Source of the DNA: Microbotryum violaceum
Lineage: Eukaryota
Direction of reading: 5' to 3'
Length of the DNA stretch: 64,000 bases
NCBI GenBank assembly: GCA_001244265.2
Contig: CDLV01000005.1
Coordinates: 496,001 to 560,000, forward strand
Shown: positions 1 to 11,498 of the stretch, in pieces
Position numbering within the stretch: the stretch's first letter is position 1
How the letters are laid out: every line of letters starts with the position of its first letter
The notes under the pieces: generated by a model
Seen by the model: only the letters and a program-made list of their open reading frames with translations
The model's database searches: none
What the model was told of the DNA's origin: nothing
Made by a program: the position numbers and the translations under genes

Positions 1-2585
1 AGGATGTATTCGGCAGGCCCGAGACGTTTGATACCATATGCGAGTTCCAACGCGTCGAGAACCCTGTCGATCTCGGCGGTAGAGGGCCCAAACAACAGCA
101 AGTCGTCAACGTACAAGGCGATGTAATGAGAGTGCCCGTCGTGTTCGCGGCGGTAGATGCAGATGTCCGATCGGGTGGGCACGTATCCGAGGGAGCGCAA
201 AGTCGAGTCAATCTCCGCGTTCCAGATGGTGCCCGCTTGGCGAAGTCCGTAGATGGATTTGGACAGCCTGAGGATCTTGCCAGGCATGTCGATGCCTTGT
301 GGAACGCGCATGTAGAGAGGCTTGTCAAGTTTGCCGTGGAGGTACGCCTTGTTGACGTCGGCTTGATGGACATGGTAGCCGTTGGCCGCGGCGAGGGCGA
401 TGAGAGCCCGAATGGACGTGAACTTGACGACGGGGGCATAGTTCTGCTCGAAGTCGATGCCAGGGCGTTGGGCACAACCGTGGGCGACGAGACGAGCCTT
501 GCAATCGATGATGTCCCCGTGCTGGTTGCGTTTAGTTCGGAATACCCAGCCCAACCGTAAGAGGATCTCACCCGCGGGGAGCTCACAGGAGTCAATGACT
601 TCGAACACCTCGTATTCGTTGAGAAGTGAATCGAATTCGTCGTGTGCCGGGCCACCCCACGCGTCCTGTTGTCCCGATCGGATGACATTGCCCCAATTGG
701 CTGGATCTCGGACAACAGATAAGTCGTGCTCCGCAAAGCCGGCATTGGTGGACGCGAAGGCACGGAGCATGCCCTGGAAGGCGGGAGTGGGTCCATCAGG
801 TCCGCCAACAAGGTCTTCCCGCGTGATGAGGGTGGGAACGAGTTGGCGGCGAGTCCGGGGGCCAGCGATGATGTTCCGAGCGTCGATTTCACCGTACTTC
901 CCTGGATCGGGACCAACCTTGGCAACATCGCCGTACTCCCAACTGGGCTTGACTTTGGCGAGTGGAGTTGGTTCCGGTGGTGCTGGTTCCGGAGGACGCT
1001 GCGGCAGGTGGATCGAAGAAGTGGCATCGTCGTCGAGCGAAGGCGGCTGGGTGGGTTCGACGAGCACGGGAGGTAACGGCGTTGCCGGAGCGTCGGCAGG
1101 TGGAGGACGGGGATAGAAACCCGGAACGGAAGGCGGTGTGATGCGGGCGGGAACGGCAACGAAGGGGAACTCGGTTTCGAGGAACGTCACATTCCGGCTC
1201 AAACTCATGCGCATCGAGGAGGGATCGAGAAGGCGCCAGGCTTTCGCGTGTCGATCGTAACCCACAAAGACCAGCGGAATCCCTTTTGGGTCGAGTTTGT
1301 CCCGACGATGAGCCGGCACGGTGGCCCAGGCGCGACAACCAAATGCTGGAAGCGCCCCACGGTCGGGGGGGGGAGGGGGCGCCTGACCAGCGACAGTTTG
1401 GTACTCCTCCCTTGAGAGCCGCATGAGGCGAAAGGTTCTTGGTGTGGATGTAACACATGGCAGCCTCGTCCCAGCACGTACGTGGGAGTCCCGAGTCAAT
1501 CAGTAAAGCCAGGATGCCCTCCACGATAGATCGGTTGAGCCGCTCGGCTCGACCGTTTTGCTCGGGCGTGTACGGTATGGTCAATTCGCGACGGATCCCA
1601 CGAGCCACGCAAAAACCATTGAAGGCGGTAGAGACGTATTCACCCCCGTTGTCTGAGCGGAGCGTTTTGACCCTGCGACCTGTCTCGTTTTCGATCTCCA
1701 TAAGCCAGTCCTTAAACGTCGGAAGGACCTTGCTCTTGTGCCCGATGGGGTAGACCCAAGTTTTCCTCGAGAAGTCGTCGACGAATGTGACGAGGTACCA
1801 TTTGTGGCTGAACGGCTCCTCTGGAAAGGACAAGACATCCGAGTGGACCAGTGCTAGCGGCTCCGAGGCGTGGAACGACGAAGGGGGGAACGGCAAACGA
1901 TGGGCTTTGGATGCGAGGCACGCGTTGCAGGTGAAGTCTACACACTCGAGGTCACTAAAGGTCCAATCCAAACCCTCAACCTGGCCAGAGGCCGCCAGTT
2001 TTTTAAGTGTCTGAACAGAGGCATGACCGTAGCGACGGTGAAGGGTAAGTAAAGGGATCCCATGGGACTTGGTGGTGACAAGCGTGTGAATCGCACCTGG
2101 GCTGGGAGTTCGGACCGAAGCGTTGAGCTTGTAAACGCGTGATGCAATGGCAGAGGCTGTGGCTATGCGCCCTTGCTGCGTGCGGAGCTCGGCTTGTCCG
2201 CGTTCGAAGGTGATGCGGACCCCTTTGCGGTCAAAGGCTCGGACGGAGACGAGGTTTGCAGGGCTCTCGGGAGCGTAAATCACGTCGTTGAGGGTGAACT
2301 CGGTGCCAATGTCCGAGCCGAGTTTGACCGAGCCGACTCCCGAGGCCTTCACCGTCCCCCCAAGACCCTGCAGTATGTGCGAGGTAGGCGCTAGGGGGCC
2401 GTTGAAGAAGGAAGCATCGTTGACGACGTGGCAGGCGGACGCCGAGTCAAGCAGGAAGACGTTTGGCGCTCCGAAGCTGACGAACGTGGGGGACGAGAAG
2501 AAGGACATGTCGAGATCCTTGGATGCCTCCTCGGTGGCCACGAACGCGGGTGCCTGCGACGATGATGTGCCTTGAAGTTCCTTCA

Positions 2586-3724
<1,139 letters not shown>

Positions 3725-3784
3725 ACTAGTAACTAATCGTGATCGGTAATAGAAGTGGGATGAAACAGCAATATACACTCTGAC

Positions 3785-4368
3785 AACTCGGACGCCGAGG
3801 ATACCGGCCACCTTCTCTCCCTGGGGTCCCTCCATCCGGGAAGCCAAGTCGCCTCCCCAACCAGCCCACATCCCAACAATCGATCTACCTCCTGTGTGAT
3901 GTGCCTCTCGGAAGCACCCGAGTGCCTGGTTCACCTCGCGGTCGGCTGCCCATTTGCCCGGCGCCTCTGGTCTGCTCTGTCCCCGACCCCCCACCCAGTC
4001 TTTGTGGACTTTGCATGCCCGGTCGTGTCTCGCTCGGAACGTCGACTTGTCGAACTACGAGTCCTCTTCTTTCACTCGATCTGGAAGCTTTGTCGCCGTC
4101 GTCGATTCTCGTCGGATCTTTTGGAACCGATCACCGAAACGGAGTTCGAGGGGCTTCGAGCCTCTATCCAGGAGTCCAAGGGTCGCCTAGTCTCTGTAAG
4201 ACACCAAAGGGGGTTTTAGTGGGTATGGTTGATCCTGGTTCAGGGTCAATGAGTCCTACACTACTGGCTTCTGCCAGTGTGCGTAACAGCATTCCCTCCG
4301 ACTTTTCCGAAGATTTCTAGGTATTAATATAATTATGCTGTTAATGAAGTCTATCAAATTAAAAAAAA
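3785..4368 (+). mobile_element. 5'-truncated non-LTR retrotransposon (LINE) remnant: C-terminal zinc finger of ORF2, 3' UTR and A tail
   Basis: The frame of ORF 3896..4219 reads CVMC-x7-HLAVGCPFARRLW...HSIWKLCRRRRF, the zf-RVT-type CCHC end of LINE ORF2. An AT-rich stretch and A8 (4361-4368) follow. 5' boundary approximate. Confidence 0.7.
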
Positions 4369-4998
4369 CCCCGAGCAAAAGATCATAATGCGCTAGAGCC
4401 TGGGCCGGGTCGAGTTCCTAACCCGACGGCTGGCCAGGCCTTGCCAATCGGCGAGCGTCGTCCAGGCGCTTCATAATCGGTCCGATCTCGCATCGACCGG
4501 GCCCAACTCTTATTAGCATTAACCCACAAAATAAGCAACTGAATTGACCTGCTTTGTGCCTGGTAACGGCGCGAAACCCAGGTGAGGTGCGGGCAAGGTG
4601 CGATCGCATTCGGCTTCTTGCCGAAAGCGGATGGTACGCGCACAGATCGCTGGCGTGGGGTCCCAATCCGTGTGGCTGGGCCGGTAATGAACGTTTCTCG
4701 TTCATCGGACATAGCCAGAATGTACTTCCTCTTGCTGGCCAGGCGAGAGAGTCGATCAAGAAGTCTCGGGCTTCTTGCAAACGCAGGCCCATGGCTTTGT
4801 TTGTGATCGTCGTCGCAGATAGCTGTTGGCTGGCGTGCTCTGCGCGCCGATCTGCATGACATTTCCGTCCCAAGTCTTCCCCGAAAGATCTGGCCTGCGA
4901 ATCACCCCCATCCTGTCCTCTTCGTTCCTCCCCACCCCTCCTCTTCCGCCTCCCACCGCTCCCCAAAACCGTAGAATTCCGTCATCCTCGAGACAGCG

Positions 4999-6546
4999 AT
5001 GCCAGGAAACCAAGGTGCCCCTTCGATTCGGTCGTTCCGTTCCGATCGAGGTCTTCGGACGTCGAGCTCGGCGACTCCTCTGCGCGACCGAACCTCGTTC
5101 GCCTCGGCCTACCATTTCGGCTCGGGCTCTGGACCTTCTGCCTCGACCTCGGCCTACCCCTCGGTCGTGCCCTCCCCCAACGAATCAGTAACGCAAGACC
5201 TCTCCCCTCGAATGACGACCTTATCCCGAGGTAGCTTCAGCCGACCCAAATCGTCATCAGGGGCATCGTTGCGTGCTTCCGGTAGCAACAGCGGTCACAG
5301 CACCTTCGCGACTGCCGACCAGGGGTTTTCGAATCTTGGAGCCAGCACCAGCAGCGCCGGCTCTGAATCGCCGCGCGCTTCGGTCGTCGCGCCGCGCCCT
5401 GACGCCTATCTATCGTCTTCAACCAATGCCAGGTTAACACTAAAACGTGCACCAGCTTCGTACCATGGTTATTCGAACGTGGATCGCTTCGACTACCCTC
5501 ACGAGGATGTACCTTTCTCATCGGCCGCATCGTGCGACGAGCGGTCATACGAGCGCGAGACGACTTTTCTCAAGTACAAGGAGACTGATCGACCGATACC
5601 TACCTTCGAACGAACCTACGCCTGCGTTCAGCGAGAAAGCTCTACACCCGTCTCCGTACCCGACTTGGAGCCTTCATCACACCTCCGACGCCCCGCGATC
5701 CATCCGCACCAAAAGCACCCCTCGATCGATTCGGGCTATGGGGGAAGTCATGACTCGTACTGCAATAGTACGAGCCCAAACGAAGTGCTCGCTACTATCT
5801 TAATCAAGCATGATAGTTGGTCCCCACCTCTTGCACGCCATTCACCCAGGCTTCAAGCCAAGGAAAAGGAGCTGCCGAGTGAGTGTGATGCAGATTTTTG
5901 GGTTTGCCGCATTCAGTTGCTCATCCACCACCGTTCCTGCTTTGCAGTCCCCGTCGATTACGACGAACAGCCGTTACCACCCCTTCCTCGAGGACCAAAC
6001 TTCGTAGCCGATTCAGGTCTCTGGAACCGTCTGACCACAAATTTCAAATCGACCGTTTTGCACGCCACGACCATCTCCAAAGACTCCCTCCAACCTTACG
6101 GCTCTGACCCCATCGAAGAAAATTCGATTCCCGACGCGCAAGGTGAAAGTCGTCTTTCGAGAGTGATCAGGGACTATCATTTCACTCGAGCCGAGACGAT
6201 CGAGGACGTTCCTGAGTGGTTGATTGATGAGGAGGAGATGAGGAGGAGGCAAGGATGTAGGAGGTATTCCGTTCAACCTCCTCAGGTCGGGGCAAATCAG
6301 TTCGTACCTCAGAGGTCCGAGCAACCGGTGCTTCAAGTTCCCCCCAAGGATTTACCGAGGCCGGCACCTTACTCGAGGTCAAATTCGGACCGTTCGGATC
6401 GCTCGGAGGAGTACGGTTCGACTCTGTCGAATGAAAGGTATAGGAGCAGCGGTTGCGGCAGTGGCACGCCTTCGAGTCGTTCGATCGAAAAGTTGCTCAA
6501 GATGAGAGCCGAGGAGAGGCTCAAGGCTCGCGCGGTGGTGGTCTGA
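4999..6546 (+). CDS. Low-complexity protein with a C-terminal Mso1-like (Sec1-binding) region
   Basis: 515-aa ORF; segment GLWNRL...GESRLSRVIRDYHFTRAETIEDVPEWLIDEEE resembles the Mso1 Sec1-binding motif. True start and a possible in-frame intron near 5900-5950 are uncertain. Confidence 0.55.
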   Translation: MPGNQGAPSIRSFRSDRGLRTSSSATPLRDRTSFASAYHFGSGSGPSASTSAYPSVVPSPNESVTQDLSPRMTTLSRGSFSRPKSSSGASLRASGSNSGHSTFATADQGFSNLGASTSSAGSESPRASVVAPRPDAYLSSSTNARLTLKRAPASYHGYSNVDRFDYPHEDVPFSSAASCDERSYERETTFLKYKETDRPIPTFERTYACVQRESSTPVSVPDLEPSSHLRRPAIHPHQKHPSIDSGYGGSHDSYCNSTSPNEVLATILIKHDSWSPPLARHSPRLQAKEKELPSECDADFWVCRIQLLIHHRSCFAVPVDYDEQPLPPLPRGPNFVADSGLWNRLTTNFKSTVLHATTISKDSLQPYGSDPIEENSIPDAQGESRLSRVIRDYHFTRAETIEDVPEWLIDEEEMRRRQGCRRYSVQPPQVGANQFVPQRSEQPVLQVPPKDLPRPAPYSRSNSDRSDRSEEYGSTLSNERYRSSGCGSGTPSSRSIEKLLKMRAEERLKARAVVV

Positions 6547-6700
6547 ATGGGGTCTCACCCACTGTGTATCACTATGTTCCTATTACAGTAAAGTGTTTTG
6601 TGTCGTATCTATTTATACGCTCGCTTTAATCTAAATACGAGCACCTCAACCCATCCCTTATCAAGTTCCCAATTTCAAGTGAGAGGAAAAGTCCGCCCTT

Positions 6701-8093
6701 TCACTCGTCCCACAAATCTCTCTGCCCCCAGACCTCCCCACAAACCACCGCCACGATCATCCATCCCAACCCACGTCGTTCAGCCTCATCCTCATCCTCC
6801 CTCTTCTCCTCCATACGCCGAGGTTCCTTCCTCACCTCTTCCCTCTCTAGTCGGGCGAGCTCAGATTTCTCGTTCGAGAGCTTGATGGTTCGGACGAGGG
6901 ACCGGAGGGTGGATATGTCTTCACCGTCCAAGAGGGTGTCGAGGCGTGTCAAGAGGGATAAGAGCCAGTGTAGTTCATGTGCCGTCATCAATGGTGGTCG
7001 AGGGATACTTTTGACCGGTACAGCTGTCATGGGCTGCGTCGACGTGGTGGGCTTTCGTCGCAGAGAGGAAGGGGCAAAGATGGTCGAAGTTGTGTAATTG
7101 ATCGCCATCTCGTAGTCTTCTTGTTTGGTCGCGAGCCAGTATTGGAAATGGAACAAGAGAAGGGGGATGTAGTATGCTGGAATGGAGAGGAGGAGGAACG
7201 GAGTTGGGTAATGAGGCGGGTGGGAGGGGACGTCGGTGGAATCTTCTTCGGGATCGGGTAGTTCCGAAGCCGACGGAGCGTCGAGTTCGAGCGAGGCGAG
7301 AAGTTGTGATTTAGCTGCTTGGAGAGACTCGGCTGCTTCTGACTCGGCTGGAGTCATGTCGACATCCGCAATTATGCTCTGCGTCGCGGCGGCCGGTGGT
7401 GGTGCGGTTGGTATCCGAGTCGAGAGGGAAGCGGTCGACGAGGAGAAAGATCTCTTGGCTGCATCGCTCGCCTGCGCGGTCTTGCGTCCGTGGATAAAAA
7501 GATGCCAAGCACCTTGGTCTTGAGGTTGAGGTAATGGGTTGTGGGTCATGGGTGGGAACGAAGATAGAGCAGGAGCAGCTGCGATCCTCTGGGATATAAT
7601 CGTCATGTGGGGAAGAGAATCAGCGCACGTGCAGAGACAGGCAGAGAAGCGATGACGCGATGAGCAGAGACTGACCTGACGCAGTTGGAGGAACTGGGTG
7701 ACGAATGAGGAGCTCCAAGCCTCTGTGGGTCGACCGACCTGTCGTACTCGAGGTGTGGCCTGAGCCGGGGAGGGTGTTTGCGCGATGACTTGATACGGAT
7801 TAGGGACTCGGTTGATGCTCGGTCGTTTCTGAGCCTCTTGTCTGTGTCACGAGGAGCATGAGTCAGTCAACTCGGACATCCACTCCGATGTTGATCGCTT
7901 GAAAGTACCTGACGGTGAAGAGGTACTGCATGCCATCCTCGGGCACGCCGTCAAAGTCGTCGGGCAGGTCGGCGACGGGCAGTACTTGGGAACCGTTGCC
8001 TCCTCGAGGAGCTGAGCCATCGTCACCTCGACGACCGGAGCTGGCCAGCATTGACGACATGTCAAACGTCATCCCAATGAGTGGGTCGATCAT
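6701..8093 (-). CDS. Gemin2/Brr1 (SIP1 family) snRNP assembly factor, 3 exons
   Basis: N-terminal LPVADLPDDFDGVPEDGMQYLFTVR|QEA and C-terminal WLLSLLTRLD...STLRSLVR...VWGQRDL match the Gemin2 family pattern. GT-AG introns near 7844-7908 and 7590-7675. Confidence 0.8.
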
Positions 8094-8297
8094 GGTGTGC
8101 GGGGTGGGTCGGCTTGAAGTTTGTGGGGTGTGGTATCGCAAGACGGAAGCGCGATCAATCGCAATCGCGTTGTTTCGCAATGAGGACGAGCGCGAACGAT
8201 CGACTTGAGCTCACCGATCACCGGTCACCGGTCACTGATCACGCTTGCGGGCTCTCCCCGTCTCCTGTCTCCTGCCTCCTTTTTCGACTCGGGGCCG

Positions 8298-10874
8298 ATG
8301 CCGTCCAGTTCAAGGCCTCCTATAGGCGCATCGGAACGCACTCCATTGCTGTCCTCACCCCCATCGAATGGTCCAGCCCCCACTGCCGCCACTGCTAGCG
8401 AGGATGATGTCCTTGGCAACGTCGTACCAGAAGATTTGTCCGACCCTCAGGCACTCACACCGCGCACCAGGAACCTTGTCCTGGTCTCCGTATGGTGTGT
8501 GAGTGCAAAACCTAGCTTCACGTTCAGGCACTTCATCCCCCACCTCTAAGAATCTGGTCGTCGACTCGCTGCTCTACTCTCTCACGTGACCATATGTACG
8601 TCCTTCAGCGCAGTCGGCTGACGCTCGTCCACTTGCATCATTCAGGGCGTTTTTCTTGGAGCAGTCGATACAACTGTCGTGGCCTCGCTCGTCACCGACA
8701 TCTCGGCTTCGTTCGAATCGTCGAATCAAGCGAGCTGGCTCGGCACCAGTTATCTCCTCAGCACCGCGTGCTTCACCCCTCTCTATGGGAGACTGGCGGA
8801 TATCATTGGCAGAAGGTGAACCTTTCACGCGCAATGAGACACTTGATACTAACGCCTTCATGTCGGAGAACCGCTCGCTGATCAACAGCATCGTAAAATT
8901 TCTGGCGCCCGTCAGATATTCAGCACTGCTAGCTCTATCACTCTTCCTCGTCGGCACCGCGCTCTGTGGACTGGCGCCGACAATAAACCTACGTAAGATG
9001 AACTGACGGTTATGATACATCTCCAGCTGACACGTTCCATGGTCCACCTTCACAGTAATCGTAGGCCGGTTGGTTGCCGGCATGGGTGGAGGTGGGCTCA
9101 TGGCTATCTCTTCCATCGTCGCCTCGGACTTGGTCCCACTCAAGAAACGCGCACTGGTCCAAGGTATCGCCAACTTGTTCTTTGGAGCAGGGTCAGGCCT
9201 GGGTGGACCGATGGGGGGCCTTATCTCCGATTGGGCAGGGTGGAGGGTGGCTTTCTTGGGTGAGCTCGAGCTGACGAGTGAAGCCTTTATGAAGTCCCTG
9301 CAGCTGATGACTGTCTATCGATCGGACAGCTCAAGTACCGTTACTGGTGGCCTCGCTGGCGATGGTCTTCTGGAAAGTGCGATACCGGGTGCCTGGGCAG
9401 GGGAAAAGCAAAAGGGAGATGCTGCGCCGAATAGACTACATGGGTTCAGTCACCCTCATCATCGCTGTGCGTTACCCTAGCTCTGCCGACAGGTCCTCAT
9501 ACTGATGCCGACTATATCCTTCGATTCTATTAGCTTGGATCATTGCTCTTCTCCTTATCTTACAAGAACAACGAAGCCCTACCGTGGTCTCACCCTCTCG
9601 TCTGGTCCCTCCTGACCGTTGCAATCGTCTTTGCGGTGCTCTTCGTCCTCGTCGAGAAGTACTGGGCCTTTGAACCAGTCATGCCTTTGAGGTGCGGCCC
9701 TTTCGCATTTAAGTATTCTACCGAATACTCACACTAACGAGCGGATTCATTCGTGATGTAATAGGATCTTGATGACGAGAAATGGACTCTCGGTCGCCTT
9801 TGCCAACTTCTGCATGAGCTTCGTCACCTTCTCAATCCTTTACTTTGTCAGTTTACCGCGGGCGATCCCTGTGCTCGAGGGCGATACTGACCTTTTCAAA
9901 GCTGTTCTACAGTATCCCGCCTTTTTTGAAGGTAGAGACATCTTCGACCTCTCACATTCGTGAGCAGCATGTCACTAACCTCGAGGTTGGTTCTGCAGTC
10001 ATCAAAGGCTTGTCGGCATCGCAGGCAGGAGCTCATCTGCTCCCCAACTCGATCGCGTTATCATGCGGATCTCTATTTGCTGGATGGGTTAGTCCCAAGT
10101 CAAAAAGAAGATAGCGCTCTGCGACCATCCACTCACACGTCGACCACGTTCACAGTACATTCGCCACACGGGCCGCTACTACAACCTCATCGCGGTCACG
10201 TCGTTCCTGCCCATCCTGGCGTTGGTGTCCGCAACGACCCTCAATGAGCACCGGTCACCGTTCAACGAGTGGTTCGGCATCATTCCTGCTGGCTTTGGTG
10301 AGTTCCTCACCACTCCGAAGTCAACCGGCACGCTGAACTGACGTTTCTTTGTTCCGCTAGGTTTCGCATCCCTCATCACGGCGACGTTGGTCGCTTTGAT
10401 CGCCTCTGTCGATCGCTCCGATATGGCTACAGCGACAGGCATCACTTATCTGGCGCGCTACATCGGCCAAGTTGTGGGCGTGGCTGTCTCGTCCAGTCTG
10501 CTCCAAGCCGTTTTGAACGTAACGCTGCATCGACGGATCACGGGCCCTGATGCCGAAAAGGTGAGGTCAAATATTCAGTCTCTCGCTTGTCGCGCAAACT
10601 GAGCCTCTTGGCACCGTCTGACTCGCAGTACATCGACCAAATACGCCACGTCAGCACGTCGATTCCTTCCTTACCACCTTCGATTCAGCCTTTGGCTCGG
10701 TCGTCCTACCTCGATGCTCTAAGAGCCGTTTTCATCCTCAATGCGATCGTCGCTGGGATCAGCTTCCTCAGCTGTTTACCGCTTAAAGAGTTTCCGTTAC
10801 CGCATACGTTCAAGGAGGAGGAAGAGCGAAGGAGGGAGAATGAGAACGCGCGGCTTGGGAGGGTGGAGGAATAA
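8298..10874 (+). CDS. MFS transporter (DHA2/vacuolar basic amino acid transporter-like), many introns
   Basis: Spliced motifs WLGTSYLLSTACFTPLYGRLADIIGR, GRLVAGMGGGGL...SDLVPLKKRALVQG, GGPMGGLISD, and multiple hydrophobic helices. Confidence 0.9.
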
Positions 10875-11498
10875 TGGTCCGTTGGCGGGAGAAACGGCTT
10901 GGGTTCTAGCAGTGCTCGCGGTTTTATAAGGAAAAGACAATTAACCAAGGGCGGCTGGCGCGGCCAAGATGGCCCCTATCGAACTGCCGACGAGAAGGAA
11001 AGTTGACGAGGAACGCATGGGTGTGCTTTTTGTGTGGAGGAAAGTGCTGCGAGTGGTGTAGATAGGGGAAAAAATCGATTTCGAGTAGGGGCGGTATTCG
11101 TAGTGAGCCCTCAGACCTCCGAACGTATGCGGTCCTGGGAAGCAGTGGTGACGACTATACCGAACAGACCCGGCAGATCCTGTTCGCGACTGGAGCAGAT
11201 CAAGACATACTGATAGTCTGGCACCCATACAGCTCAGTCCTCAGGCTCTCTTTCTCACGGATTGCTGAGTGTTAGCGTGGATCGCCATGGCTCTGAGTTG
11301 AGAAATGGGCTCGACCGCTCTCGTGGTGATTGTCCAGAATCCAGCAGATGCCAAAACAGAATGCAGACAAACAACTACTGTTGCTACCTTCAAACGAAAG
11401 ATATCCATGCGGAGCCAAAATATCATGCAAGCTTGCTTGTGAATTGCTTCGATGCTTTGTGGAAAGAAGAAGAGGAAAATGCACCTTCCATGCGTCGT

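Noticed and set aside
126..1116. Plus-strand ORFs of 144, 219 and 116 aa
   Set aside because: Antisense shadows of the copia RT region.
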